IMG/VR virus record: IMGVR_UViG_3300033182_000484
Coordinates: 681-64,680 of that record
Length of the DNA: 64,000 bases
Source of the DNA: a virus
Taxonomy: Duplodnaviria > Caudoviricetes
Direction: 5' to 3' (one strand)
This document shows, piece by piece, positions 1 to 9,308 of the stretch (positions within the stretch are counted from its first letter, which is position 1; the number at the start of each line of letters is the position of its first letter). The translations under genes and the position numbers were made by a program. The notes under the pieces are model-generated. The model searched no databases, had not been told where the DNA came from, and saw nothing but the letters and a program-made list of their open reading frames with translations.

Positions 1-98
1 ACGAAGACCTGACCGATGACGGCGACGACGACATCGATCCCGAGACCGGTGAGGTCCTGGACGATGACGATGACGACGAGCTGAACGACATCGACTGA
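1..98 (+). CDS. 3' end of a gene with an acidic C-terminal tail, probably the RecT-like recombinase begun at 63555
   Basis: Frame reads EDLTDDGDDDIDPETGEVLDDDDDDELNDID*. DPETGEV tails are typical of phage recombination proteins. The stop overlaps the next ATG (TGATG). Confidence 0.6.
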   Translation, partial: EDLTDDGDDDIDPETGEVLDDDDDDELNDID

Positions 99-538
99 TG
101 GAAAGGTTCTGGTCGAAGGTCGATAAGTCCAGGCCCGGCGGTTGCTGGGCCTGGACGGCGTCCTGCAACCGGCGAGGGTATGGTCAGTTCCGTGTAGCCG
201 GAACGCTGAAGGCGGCCCACCGCGTTCTATGGGAACAGATGCACGGGCCGATCCCCGACGGCATGATTGTCTGTCATCACTGCGACAACCCCGGGTGCGT
301 GAATCCCGATCACCTGTTTCTCGGGACGCACGCGGACAACATGGCAGACAAGGTCGCGAAGGGACGGCAGTCCCGACAATTAGGAGAGAGCCACCCGCGT
401 GCCAAGCTGACCGATGCCGACGTGCGGGCGATCCGATCCGCTGCGGGAACGGTTTCCGAGATAGCGAAAAAATTTGGCATCAGCAGGTCGAATGTATCGA
501 CCATCAGGCTGCGCCAAACCTGGGTTCACGTACAATGA
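98..538 (+). CDS. HNH homing-type endonuclease with C-terminal HTH
   Basis: RFWSKV..CWxW..GYGxF..AHR..VCHxCDNPxCVNPDHLFLGT..N motif; C-terminal helix-turn-helix. Confidence 0.92.
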   Translation: MERFWSKVDKSRPGGCWAWTASCNRRGYGQFRVAGTLKAAHRVLWEQMHGPIPDGMIVCHHCDNPGCVNPDHLFLGTHADNMADKVAKGRQSRQLGESHPRAKLTDADVRAIRSAAGTVSEIAKKFGISRSNVSTIRLRQTWVHVQ

Positions 539-2001
539 AGCTGAGGGATTATCAGGAGAGGCTGGTCTCTGACGTGCGCAGCGCATTTCGCCGCAATCGC
601 CGCGTGCTGATGCAGCTGCCAACAGGCGGCGGCAAGACCTGCTGCTTCTCCTACATTGCGGCTGGACTGCAGCGCAAAAATAAGCGCGCCCTGGTGATCA
701 GCCACCGCCACCAGATCGACACGCAGAACTCCCAGGAGTTCGAGAAGTGGGGTGTGTCACACGGACGGGTTCGCTCCGGCCTGCCAATGACCCCGTCCCC
801 GATCCAGGTCGGCATGGTGGGCACCATCGTGAACCGTTTAGACCAACTGGATCCGCCCGATCTGCTGATCGTCGACGAGGCCCATCACAGCCCGGCAGGC
901 CAGTGGGCAAAGATCCTCGGCGCGTTCCCCAAGGCGTTCGTTCTGGGCGTCACCGCCACGCCGCAGCGCCTGGATGGCAAGGGCCTGGACAGCCAGTACG
1001 ACGAGCTGGTCCTGGGCCCCACAACCTACGACCTGATCAAGCAGGGATACCTCGCCGACTACCGGGCGTTCGCGTCACCGCTCAGGGTCGATCTGTCGAA
1101 CCTGAAGACCAGGGCGGGCGAGTACCGCACCGAGGAGCAGGCCGAGGCCATGACCCGGCACATCGTCATGAGCGAGGTCGTCGACCACTACGAGGAGCAT
1201 CTGGCCGGGGCCCCGACGGTGGTGTTCTGCTCGACCGTGGCGCACGCCCAGGCACAGTGCGCCGAGTACCGATCGAGAGGCTGGCGCGCAGACGTGATCG
1301 AGGGCCGGTCGAAAGAGGATGACCGGCGGCGCATGATCGACGATCTGGCGAACGGCAGGCTGCACGTCCTGCTGTCCTGCGAGGTGATCAGCGAGGGGTT
1401 CGACGTCCCGGTGATCCAGGGGGTTCAGGCCCTTCGCAAGACCAAGTCGCTGTCGCTGTACTTGCAGCAGGTCGGGCGGGCGCTCAGGCCGAAGGCCGAC
1501 GGGTCCAAGGCCATCATCCTGGATCACGTCGCCAACACGCTGGAGCACGGCCTGCCGGACGCGCCGCGCGCCTGGACGTTGGAAGGCCACGCCAAGGGCG
1601 GCGAGGAGTCGCCGATCCGGTGCAACGAGTGCTTCAGGATGTTCTTCAAGAAATCCGACATCGCGGACTGTCAGAATCCGGCGTGCCCGGCCATCGCTCA
1701 GAAGGAGGCCGCCGAGCAGGAGGCCGCCGACGCGGCAGCCGAGAGCGCGCGCCTGACCGAGCTGTCGGAGAAAGAGCGCGAGCTGCGGAACAACCTGAAC
1801 ACCATGCACTACATGGATTTTGTTGACCTGATCCGAAAGGCCCCGATCGACGAGGCGCTGCGGCTGGCCCGCATGCGTCTGACGAAGAAGGGCAAGCCGT
1901 TCAAGGCGGGATGGGTCTACCGGATCCGCGATGAACCGTCCCCAGGAATGTGGGGCCGCAAGCCGCGCCGTACGTACACCATGTCCGGGTGGCCAGACTG
2001 A
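535..2001 (+). CDS. Superfamily 2 (DEAD/DEAH-like) DNA helicase
   Basis: LRDYQ, Walker A LPTGGGKT, DEAHH, TATP, EGFDVP, QQVGRALR, C-terminal CxxC..C..C; true start is ATG 535, overlapping the HNH stop. Confidence 0.93.
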   Translation: MKLRDYQERLVSDVRSAFRRNRRVLMQLPTGGGKTCCFSYIAAGLQRKNKRALVISHRHQIDTQNSQEFEKWGVSHGRVRSGLPMTPSPIQVGMVGTIVNRLDQLDPPDLLIVDEAHHSPAGQWAKILGAFPKAFVLGVTATPQRLDGKGLDSQYDELVLGPTTYDLIKQGYLADYRAFASPLRVDLSNLKTRAGEYRTEEQAEAMTRHIVMSEVVDHYEEHLAGAPTVVFCSTVAHAQAQCAEYRSRGWRADVIEGRSKEDDRRRMIDDLANGRLHVLLSCEVISEGFDVPVIQGVQALRKTKSLSLYLQQVGRALRPKADGSKAIILDHVANTLEHGLPDAPRAWTLEGHAKGGEESPIRCNECFRMFFKKSDIADCQNPACPAIAQKEAAEQEAADAAAESARLTELSEKERELRNNLNTMHYMDFVDLIRKAPIDEALRLARMRLTKKGKPFKAGWVYRIRDEPSPGMWGRKPRRTYTMSGWPD

Positions 2002-2011
2002 GGAGAGAGAC

Positions 2012-2230
2012 ATGCCGACAGACAACCAAACCCACCCCTACCCCGACTGGATCCACGGTGCCGTCATGGTCTGCACGACGGAGGAGCCTGCGGAGTATCG
2101 CAACCGGCAGATCGTGCAGCTCACCGAAGCGCAGGCGCACCCGGATCAGGTCGAGGGCTACGACCCGGACACCCCGGACGAGACGGACAAGCCGCGCCTG
2201 GGCGTGCCGCTGTCGAAGATGCGGCTGTGA
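2012..2230 (+). CDS. Hypothetical protein
   Basis: GAGGAG RBS before ATG 2012; fills the gap between helicase and nuclease. Confidence 0.6.
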   Translation: MPTDNQTHPYPDWIHGAVMVCTTEEPAEYRNRQIVQLTEAQAHPDQVEGYDPDTPDETDKPRLGVPLSKMRL

Positions 2231-2589
2231 CCGAATCGGAGAAATCGATCCAGAACCGGATCCTGGTCGAGCTGTCAGCCGCGCCGGACGTCCTGGTCTG
2301 GCGACAAAATGTTGGCATGGGAACGATGACGAACGCCGACGGGTCGACCCACAAGATGCAGTTTGGTGTGCCCGGCATGGCCGACATTGGTGGCATATGT
2401 TGTGGCATCGCGCTCCAGCTGGAGGTCAAGAGCGAGAAGGGCAAACAGACCAAGCAGCAGGCCAAGTGGCAAAAAGCTGTTGCCACGGTCGGCGGGATCT
2501 ATAGCGTAGTTCGTTCTCCCAAGGATGCCTGGGAGGCGATAGAGGAGGCGAGATGGCGCGGGGCGGCCAATTCACAGACGGCGAAGTAA
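2227..2589 (+). CDS. VRR-NUC / PD-(D/E)xK nuclease (Holliday junction resolvase-like)
   Basis: ESxIQxxI..WRQNVG..GxADI..LEVK..GKQT.QQ.W..GG.Y.VVRS pattern. Confidence 0.88.
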   Translation: MTESEKSIQNRILVELSAAPDVLVWRQNVGMGTMTNADGSTHKMQFGVPGMADIGGICCGIALQLEVKSEKGKQTKQQAKWQKAVATVGGIYSVVRSPKDAWEAIEEARWRGAANSQTAK

Positions 2590-5420
2590 AGGCGGCGTTC
2601 GAGGACCTGGACGCGCACATCCTGCCGCACCTCGAAAGTCTGTGCGCCGAGCTGTTCCCAGCCGGGCACAAGCACGGCCACGAGTACGAGGTCGGCGACA
2701 TCCACGGCAACCCAGGCAAGTCGTTCAAGGTCAACCTGGACAGCGGAGTGTTCAAGGATTTCGGATCCGGCGATGCCGCAGGGTCTGGATCCATCGCGCT
2801 CTACGCCAAGCACCACGGCATGAAGATGCGCGAGGCCGCGATCGAGCTGGCCCGGAAGTTCGCATTCGACCACGCGTTCTTCGAGGGGGACATCGACAAG
2901 CAACGCCAGCGCGAGAGGAAACAGAAGTCCAAGCCGAAGACCAACGGCAAGCAGCGCCCCACCACGATCAAGTACGAGGACCGCGACTGGAACTGGCTGA
3001 TCCCGCCGTTTGGTGTCGACCGCCCCGCCACCGACAACACGATGTACGAGTACATGACGCCGGACGGCCAGACGCTGCTCTATGTCGAGCGGACACCGAA
3101 CAAGCAGTTCTACCCGTGGATCTGGGCTGAGACCGTCGACGGTCAGCAGCGCAAGTGGATCCCGAAGCATCCTTTGTCCGGCACTCGCCCCCTCTACAAT
3201 CTGCACCTGATCACCCAGCGCGAGAGCAAGCCGGTGCTGATCGTCGAGGGGGAGAAGGCCGCCGACGCCGCCCAGGACAAGCTGAACATGCCGGTGACCA
3301 CGTCCATGGCGGGCAGCTCAGGCGGGCCCCACGCCGACTGGTCGCCGCTCAAGGGCCGCCGGGTGATCATCTGGCCGGACGCCGACGAGCCCGGCCTGAA
3401 GCACCAGGAGAAGGTCGCCAAGATCCTCCACGACCTGGGCTGCAAGATCTGGGTGATCAACACCGACGGGTTCGCGCTGGGCTATGACGCCGCTGACGTC
3501 GTCGCTGAGGGCCTGTCGCTGCCTCCGCTGATGAAGGAGCGCCAGGAGCGCTGGAGGCCGCCAGGACAGCGCCCTGAGAAGCCTAAGCCTATGGAGGCAC
3601 CGCCCCACGGTCCCGACGACGTCATCGACGCGATCCACAATGCCAATGCCCCGGCGGAGGACGACCCCAGTCGCAACCGCCTGGAGTGGTGGGAACCGCG
3701 CATCCTGGGAACGGTGGACAACCACATCGCCGCGATCCCGTACAACGGATCGAACATCGAGCTGATGCAGTCACGCAAGCTGACGAAGGGCGATCTGCTG
3801 AACCTCGCACGCAAGGACATGTACTGGTCGGTGACCCACGCAGGACCACCCAGGAACGATGGACAGGACCCGGAGCCGAACTGGGACGCCGCCATCAACG
3901 ACCTGCAGGACGCCGCGCGCGCCATGAAGGAGTTCGAGCCGCACAACGTCCGCCGCAGGGGCGTCTGGCGCGAGCCGGACGGCACCCTGCTGTTCAACAG
4001 CGGCGATGCACTCTACGACGTCAGCGCGTACGAATATGGCGCGCCCAGGGATCCGATACCGCTGTCCAAGCATCGCGGCTACTACGCCTACATCGGCGGC
4101 CCGGATCTGGCCGAGTTCGTCGCGCCGCCGGGCGAGGGCCTGAGCGGGCAAGAAGCCACCCGGCTGGTCGACATCCTGAAGGAGGTGTCCTGGGTCCGGC
4201 CCCAGTCGGTCTACCTGCTCGCGGGGTGGCTGTTCGCGGCACCGCTCTGCGGCCTGCTCGACTGGCGGTCGCACATCTGGATCACCGGACCCCACGGATC
4301 CGGCAAGACGACGCTGTTGCAGCAGGTGATCATCCCGCTGCTGAACAACATGTGCCGGGCGTTCGAGGGCGGATCCACCGGCGCGGGCGTGCGCCAGGAT
4401 CTCCGGTCCGACGGGCTGGCCGTGATCTACGACGAAGCGGAATCGGAGAAGGCGAAGCACCGGTCGAACTTCAAGTCGACCATGGAGCAGATCCTGGATC
4501 TGGCGCGCGTGGCATCGTCCAGCTCGGGCGGTCGCGTGGTCAAGGGCACCGGCACCCAGACCGGCGCGCTGTCGTACTTCCTGCACTCCATGTTCTGCTT
4601 CAGCTCGATCGTGATCGACATCGAGAACGCCGCCGACGACAGCCGGGTGACACGCCTGGAGATCGTCAAGAACACTCGGCCCGATGCCGAGGACCAGTTT
4701 CAGAACCTGCGCGAGATGATCCACAACACGATCAACGAGAAGTATTGCGCGCGGTTCCTCCGGCGCTGCATGGACGAGGCCCCGTGGATCCGCAAGAACG
4801 CCGAGGTGTTCTCCGAGATCCTGGCACGCATGCTTGCCGACAGGCGTTCAGCCGACCAGCTGGCAACCCTGATCGCCGGGTACTATGGTCTGGTGCGTGG
4901 CGGCGTGGTCAGCCGGAAGGCGGCCAAGGAGTTCTGCGAGGCGATGCCCTGGCACGAGGTGGTCAGCCACGAGACCGCAGCCGACGACGACGCCGCACTC
5001 TGGACGATCCTGGACTACAAGATCCGGGTCGACCTGCACGTCGGCACCAAGACGTTCGCCGTGCGGGAGTTGCTGTCGATGGCCGGGGGCGAGATGCTGG
5101 ACCCAGACATCGGCTACAAGCTGGCACAGGACACGCTCAGGTCCTGGGACATCCGCTACGTCTCCAAGGTCGAGGCGCAGCACGAGGGCGGTATCCCGGC
5201 AGAGGGGTTCCTGATTGACCCGGTTGGCGCTGCCGCGTCGACAGCGCTACGAGATACGCGGTATGCGAACGCCGCGAGGAACCTGTTGGTCAGAAAGGGC
5301 GCGCTGTCCTGGAAGCCGACGAAGGTCGCGCGCGGATCCGTCGCCAAGACGGTCCGCCCGCTGTTCGTGTCAATGGCACTGGTAACTGGAGAGACCGAAG
5401 ATGAAACCTACCCCGAGTGA
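2553..5420 (+). CDS. Primase-helicase fusion (TOPRIM plus P-loop NTPase)
   Basis: TOPRIM LIVEGEKAADA..DWSPLKGR.VIIWPDADEPG..GYDAAD; Walker A GPHGSGKT, Walker B VIYDEAE; GGAGGCGA RBS. Confidence 0.88.
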   Translation: MARGGQFTDGEVKAAFEDLDAHILPHLESLCAELFPAGHKHGHEYEVGDIHGNPGKSFKVNLDSGVFKDFGSGDAAGSGSIALYAKHHGMKMREAAIELARKFAFDHAFFEGDIDKQRQRERKQKSKPKTNGKQRPTTIKYEDRDWNWLIPPFGVDRPATDNTMYEYMTPDGQTLLYVERTPNKQFYPWIWAETVDGQQRKWIPKHPLSGTRPLYNLHLITQRESKPVLIVEGEKAADAAQDKLNMPVTTSMAGSSGGPHADWSPLKGRRVIIWPDADEPGLKHQEKVAKILHDLGCKIWVINTDGFALGYDAADVVAEGLSLPPLMKERQERWRPPGQRPEKPKPMEAPPHGPDDVIDAIHNANAPAEDDPSRNRLEWWEPRILGTVDNHIAAIPYNGSNIELMQSRKLTKGDLLNLARKDMYWSVTHAGPPRNDGQDPEPNWDAAINDLQDAARAMKEFEPHNVRRRGVWREPDGTLLFNSGDALYDVSAYEYGAPRDPIPLSKHRGYYAYIGGPDLAEFVAPPGEGLSGQEATRLVDILKEVSWVRPQSVYLLAGWLFAAPLCGLLDWRSHIWITGPHGSGKTTLLQQVIIPLLNNMCRAFEGGSTGAGVRQDLRSDGLAVIYDEAESEKAKHRSNFKSTMEQILDLARVASSSSGGRVVKGTGTQTGALSYFLHSMFCFSSIVIDIENAADDSRVTRLEIVKNTRPDAEDQFQNLREMIHNTINEKYCARFLRRCMDEAPWIRKNAEVFSEILARMLADRRSADQLATLIAGYYGLVRGGVVSRKAAKEFCEAMPWHEVVSHETAADDDAALWTILDYKIRVDLHVGTKTFAVRELLSMAGGEMLDPDIGYKLAQDTLRSWDIRYVSKVEAQHEGGIPAEGFLIDPVGAAASTALRDTRYANAARNLLVRKGALSWKPTKVARGSVAKTVRPLFVSMALVTGETEDETYPE

Positions 5421-5805
5421 CGACGCCTGGACCCTCTACGAGGGCGAGCAGATCTTGATCGCGCAGGCCACCAACGGCCTGACCATCCATGTCGGATCCG
5501 ACCTGAACATCGGCGGCGGGCCGCGTGCCGTGTTCGTGGCCGAGAGCGACGACAAGGCCCGGTTCATCATGGGGCAGCTGCTGGCCAATGAGGCCTGGGG
5601 CACGGGCCCGGCGGCTGATGACGAGGCCGACGAGGACACCGACGAGCAGGAGCCCGAGACCCCCGAGCCGGACGAGGAGCCCGAGGTCGAGGAGGACGAC
5701 ATCCTGGATGGCCTCGACGATCTCGACGAGGACGAGGATGACGAAGACGACTACGACGACGATGACTGGGACGACGACGATGACGACGACATTGAAGATT
5801 CTTGA
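5401..5805 (+). CDS. Highly acidic protein with a D/E-rich C-terminal half
   Basis: C-terminal ~65 aa almost entirely Asp/Glu/Pro; overlaps the primase stop. Confidence 0.7.
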   Translation: MKPTPSDDAWTLYEGEQILIAQATNGLTIHVGSDLNIGGGPRAVFVAESDDKARFIMGQLLANEAWGTGPAADDEADEDTDEQEPETPEPDEEPEVEEDDILDGLDDLDEDEDDEDDYDDDDWDDDDDDDIEDS

Positions 5806-6070
5806 GCGCGGAACGTGGGGGTCGATCAAAGATCGATACAGCCACAGCGTGGGCCTGCAGCTTGACGACGACGCCCCGGTGATTGTCGCCAAGGATATCG
5901 AGGGCGACCCGCTCATGATTACCTGGGGCGTCGAGGACGAGATCAAGCTCTGGCTTTTGAACGGGATGACGTACATCAATCTCGATGCCATGATGTGCGT
6001 GGATCTGCAGGAGCTGTGCGACGAGGCTCACAAGTACAACCTGGAGCGCCGCGATGACGAAGAAGACTGA
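5792..6070 (+). CDS. Hypothetical protein (start uncertain)
   Basis: Coding-like 3' part of ORF 5525-6070, tiling between neighbours. Confidence 0.55.
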   Translation: MKILERGTWGSIKDRYSHSVGLQLDDDAPVIVAKDIEGDPLMITWGVEDEIKLWLLNGMTYINLDAMMCVDLQELCDEAHKYNLERRDDEED

Positions 6071-6659
6071 CGAGCAGATCCGCGCCGAGGTCGGCGAGTT
6101 CCTGGCGGCCTGGGACAACGCCGAGGGCTGCGAGGTCGTCGAGATCGGATCGGTCGGCCCGGCGGTCGAGCAGTGCAACCAGATCATCGTCATGGAGATC
6201 CTGCGCGAGGCGATGCACCGGGACATGAAGCGGTCCGGCATCATGCCCCCAGCGTTGTCGTTCCCCCAGGCGATGGAGACGACGAACTACCTGGGCGCGT
6301 CTGATGACCAGAAGACCAGGGCCGCCACCGAGGCGTGGCGGATCTGGATGGTGGGCCCCACCGATCGCGTGCGGGCCGCCAAGAAAGACGGCAAGCGGAT
6401 CATCATGGTGCAACGCGCCTTCCCGCTCTGCCCACCGACCGGGCCGGTGGAGTCGATCCGTGAGTGGACGGAGGAGGTGCTGCGCGAGTGGGCCGACCTC
6501 CGCGCCACGATCGGCCCCGCCGGTCGCGGGTTGCCACCCGAGGAGGTGATGGCCCAACTGGCCCAGGTGTCCGGCAGGATGTCCCTGGTCCTGAAGCAGT
6601 ACCTGGAGGCACTGGAGGCGCACGATGACAACGACGAGGATGATGTCGGTTCCGGCTGA
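6054..6659 (+). CDS. Hypothetical protein
   Basis: 201-aa ORF with phage-like codon usage, overlapping neighbours. Confidence 0.7.
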   Translation: MTKKTDEQIRAEVGEFLAAWDNAEGCEVVEIGSVGPAVEQCNQIIVMEILREAMHRDMKRSGIMPPALSFPQAMETTNYLGASDDQKTRAATEAWRIWMVGPTDRVRAAKKDGKRIIMVQRAFPLCPPTGPVESIREWTEEVLREWADLRATIGPAGRGLPPEEVMAQLAQVSGRMSLVLKQYLEALEAHDDNDEDDVGSG

Positions 6660-7020
6660 CGACCGGAAGCAGGGAGGGTTCTGCGCGCTGGCACGGACCC
6701 ATCCGCTGACCATGCAGGTCCTGGAGCTGCTGTGCCCCGACCTGCATGTCTACCCGATGCACGTCTACCGGTGCGGGCCGGACGAGACCGCACCCGGCGG
6801 CATGTTCATCCTGTTCCAGTGCGTGATGATGTCCCAGTCGCCGCACGACGAGGGCGCGGCGTTCAAGGTCGGCTACGAGCTGGGCAGCGAACGCCACAAG
6901 GAGATCCATGTCGCGGCCACCGTCGCCCAGGCGGTGGAATCCAAGCGTCACGGCGGATCGCTGTTCAGCAGTCTGGCGGCGATGGCCGAGGACGGCGAGA
7001 GCGGACCGACGCTCCAATGA
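6643..7020 (+). CDS. Hypothetical protein
   Basis: Last ORF of the + replication arm, followed by a palindrome. Confidence 0.65.
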   Translation: MSVPADDRKQGGFCALARTHPLTMQVLELLCPDLHVYPMHVYRCGPDETAPGGMFILFQCVMMSQSPHDEGAAFKVGYELGSERHKEIHVAATVAQAVESKRHGGSLFSSLAAMAEDGESGPTLQ

Positions 7021-7023
7021 AAG

Positions 7024-7045
7024 AGGGGCCCTAATTAGGGCCCCT
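7024..7045. terminator. Perfect 22-bp palindrome at a convergence point; probable bidirectional terminator
   Basis: AGGGGCCCTAATTAGGGCCCCT between convergent stop codons (7020 and 7051). Confidence 0.75.
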
Positions 7046-7050
7046 GAATT

Positions 7051-7320
7051 TCACGCCTCGGTGACGCTGTCGCGGTCGACCGACCAGCCGAATGATGCCC
7101 ACCGATCATAGGTCGGCTCCCAGAACGGGGTGCTGCCGACGTGCATCAGGTAGATCGTCCGGCGGTGCCGCTTGACCTTCCCGTCGACCGTGTGGAACTC
7201 GGCCTCCGGGAGCTGACCCGCGCTCGCGGTATCAGCCGGGAAGCACCCGTCGTACCGGAGCATGTCGAACGGGAACTCGCCCCGACCCTCGACTGCGAAC
7301 TTCGTCCACTTAGCATTCAT
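7051..7320 (-). CDS. Conserved small phage protein
   Basis: FxVxGxGxFPFDMLRYDxCFP..PTxxRWxSFGWxV motif; RBS upstream. Confidence 0.75.
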   Translation of the reverse strand: MNAKWTKFAVEGRGEFPFDMLRYDGCFPADTASAGQLPEAEFHTVDGKVKRHRRTIYLMHVGSTPFWEPTYDRWASFGWSVDRDSVTEA

Positions 7321-7528
7321 CGTCTGTCTCCTCTCGCTCGGTCGCGATCCACCAGGATCCGACCTTGTTGCCGTTGACGTCGTAGACTTCGTTGCCATAG
7401 TTCAGCACCCCGTCTTCGAGCTGCCGGTGAACCGAGGACATGATCAGGCGGATCGCGCCCTCGGGGTCCTCGACGATGGCGTCGTTGCCGCTGTCGACGT
7501 CGAGGTGGAATTGCACGCGGGTGATCAC
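7310..7528 (-). CDS. Small early phage protein
   Basis: N.A...DxNGNKVG motif; GGAGGCGA RBS. Confidence 0.7.
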   Translation of the reverse strand: MITRVQFHLDVDSGNDAIVEDPEGAIRLIMSSVHRQLEDGVLNYGNEVYDVNGNKVGSWWIATEREETDDEC

Positions 7529-7728
7529 TGGGTCGCCTCCACGTTGATCTTGCGCTTCCAGAGTTTGAACAGGCTGACGCGCTGCTTGTCGTAACGGAAC
7601 TCCCCGTTCTCCAGCTCGACGTCCACGAAGGTGGTCCCGCGCGTCTTGACGATGCGGTACACGTTGTCCGGGCGCACGGCGTTGGTGCTGCGGACGAGGT
7701 CCCCGACTTTGAAACGATTGCGGCTCAT
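7525..7728 (-). CDS. Small SH3/KOW-like protein
   Basis: FKVGDLV N-terminus, beta-rich 67 aa. Confidence 0.6.
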   Translation of the reverse strand: MSRNRFKVGDLVRSTNAVRPDNVYRIVKTRGTTFVDVELENGEFRYDKQRVSLFKLWKRKINVEATQ

Positions 7729-7733
7729 GATGA

Positions 7734-7916
7734 TCAAACCTTTCTGGTGTGCAGGTCGAGGTGCCCGGCCCTGGCGGACTTCACGTCCGAGAAGGGGTGC
7801 GTGATCTTGACGTGTCCGCTGGTCGTCACGGCGGTCACCGTAAAAACGACCCTCGGGTGCTGCCTGTGGGTGACCTTGTCGCCGACCAGGAACTTGGTTT
7901 TTTTCGCGAGTCTCAT
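7734..7916 (-). CDS. Small SH3/KOW-like protein
   Basis: FLVGDKV motif; GAGGAG RBS. Confidence 0.6.
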   Translation of the reverse strand: MRLAKKTKFLVGDKVTHRQHPRVVFTVTAVTTSGHVKITHPFSDVKSARAGHLDLHTRKV

Positions 7917-7945
7917 GTCGATCTCCTCTCTGCTGGGGTGAAAAA

Positions 7946-8143
7946 TTAAGCGAGACAATCTTCAACGGTGTCCCAGGCGAAGTCGTCCAGGTCGCCAGAC
8001 GGCTTCCACTCGGTCCAGTGACCGTCGTCGACATCGATCCAGGTCTTCACGAAGAGAGCGGTGCCCCGGAACTGAGCCTTCGAGCCTTCGCCGCGAACCG
8101 TGTCGAGAACCTGTTTCTTGGTGGCGGGAACGAAGCGGGTCAT
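7946..8143 (-). CDS. Hypothetical early protein
   Basis: First ORF after the leftward promoter; GGAG RBS. Confidence 0.65.
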   Translation of the reverse strand: MTRFVPATKKQVLDTVRGEGSKAQFRGTALFVKTWIDVDDGHWTEWKPSGDLDDFAWDTVEDCLA

Positions 8144-8149
8144 GTCGAT

Positions 8150-8260
8150 CTCCAATTCAATCTACGCATATTGTAGAGGATTGACGGATGGCGTCAACAT
8201 CTTTTTTCACAATTTTTGTGCATTTTTTTGTGGACACAAAGACGACGCCGTGTATAATGG
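8150..8260. promoter_or_regulatory. Divergent sigma70-like promoter pair
   Basis: Leftward TTGACG-N16-TACAAT (8197-8170); rightward TGGACA-N16-TATAAT (8231-8258); AT-rich; TGTGGACACA box at 8229-8238. Confidence 0.8.
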
Positions 8261-8284
8261 CTGTAGATCAGATGGAGGCAACAG

Positions 8285-8533
8285 ATGGCACACGCGAAAC
8301 ACCAGAGCCCCTGCGAATGCTGCGGCGAGTACCGGGACGACACCATCCTCTGGAAGGACGACCCACGCGACAGCAACACTTGGATCGAGAGAACGTGCGA
8401 CCACTGCCACGCGGTGGTCTGCGAAGACTGCGGCGAGAGAGAAGGCGGAGACGTCATCGGGAGCGCCATTACGATCGAGTGCTCGGACTGCTACCAGCAG
8501 CGGCGCATCCGGGAAACTAGGAGGGCATCATGA
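8285..8533 (+). CDS. Small Cys-rich (zinc-binding) protein
   Basis: Four CxxC motifs in 82 aa; GGAGG RBS. Confidence 0.65.
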   Translation: MAHAKHQSPCECCGEYRDDTILWKDDPRDSNTWIERTCDHCHAVVCEDCGEREGGDVIGSAITIECSDCYQQRRIRETRRAS

Positions 8534-8829
8534 GTGAGTTGACCTTGGAAGCCTTGGACCGGATCTGGTCCGCACCGAAAGCAAAAGCGCCTACTCTTGC
8601 ACAGTTGGGCGAGTTCATCCGTAACGAGTTTGGCTACCGCGTCGTTGTCAAAAAAATAGAGCGGGTCAATTTGCGGAGAGTGAGGACCGGCACCGTTCTG
8701 AAGGTGTACGACGGTGACCGCTTGATCTTTGAGCACGACTCTATCGAGCACGCGTATCGGCAAAACCGATGGGTTATCGAGTGGCTTTTGCGGCATTCTC
8801 AAACCAACCACGAAAGGAAACAGTCATGA
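8530..8829 (+). CDS. Hypothetical protein (lower GC)
   Basis: GGAGGG RBS, ATGA overlaps at both ends. Confidence 0.65.
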   Translation: MSELTLEALDRIWSAPKAKAPTLAQLGEFIRNEFGYRVVVKKIERVNLRRVRTGTVLKVYDGDRLIFEHDSIEHAYRQNRWVIEWLLRHSQTNHERKQS

Positions 8830-9065
8830 AACTCAACCTCAACCCGATCAGCTCCACGTCCGTGAGCGTGGACAACGTGACCCTGCACATCGACCGCCGC
8901 ACCCGGATGGGTATCTTCGACTACGGCAACATCACGGGCGAGTGGATGGAGCGCGATGCCTTGATCGACTTGATCCAGGCAGAGTTCAACGGCGTTGCTC
9001 AGGCTGTGTTCCTGGCGGCTGTCGTCAACGTGGATTCGCCATACTTCTCGGCGAACACCCAATGA
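8826..9065 (+). CDS. Hypothetical protein
   Basis: AAAGGA RBS, ATGA overlaps. Confidence 0.6.
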   Translation: MKLNLNPISSTSVSVDNVTLHIDRRTRMGIFDYGNITGEWMERDALIDLIQAEFNGVAQAVFLAAVVNVDSPYFSANTQ

Positions 9066-9304
9066 CCACTATCGTGCACGTCAACGCGCTGAACATTCGG
9101 CGCAACCTGAAGCGACCGGCGGGCAATCTCCTGCCGGTCGTTCGGGCCGAGTCTGACGGAGAAACCATCTACGGTGATCGTGCGGCGATCCTGGTGGATG
9201 GCGAGCCCGTAGCGTGGCTGATCTACAGCCCAGACAAACCCCTGCCATGCGGGGCGCGGGTGTGGATCGAAACCGACCACGACGTCGTGGTGATGGAGGA
9301 CTAG
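9062..9304 (+). CDS. Conserved small phage protein
   Basis: IVHVN..IRRN..YxPDxPLxCGARVWIET motif seen in many phages. Confidence 0.75.
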   Translation: MTTIVHVNALNIRRNLKRPAGNLLPVVRAESDGETIYGDRAAILVDGEPVAWLIYSPDKPLPCGARVWIETDHDVVVMED

Positions 9305-9308
9305 ACGA

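Noticed and set aside
5525-5790. Thr/Arg-rich extension of ORF 5525-6070
   Set aside because: Alternative-frame reading of the GAC/GAT repeats of the acidic protein
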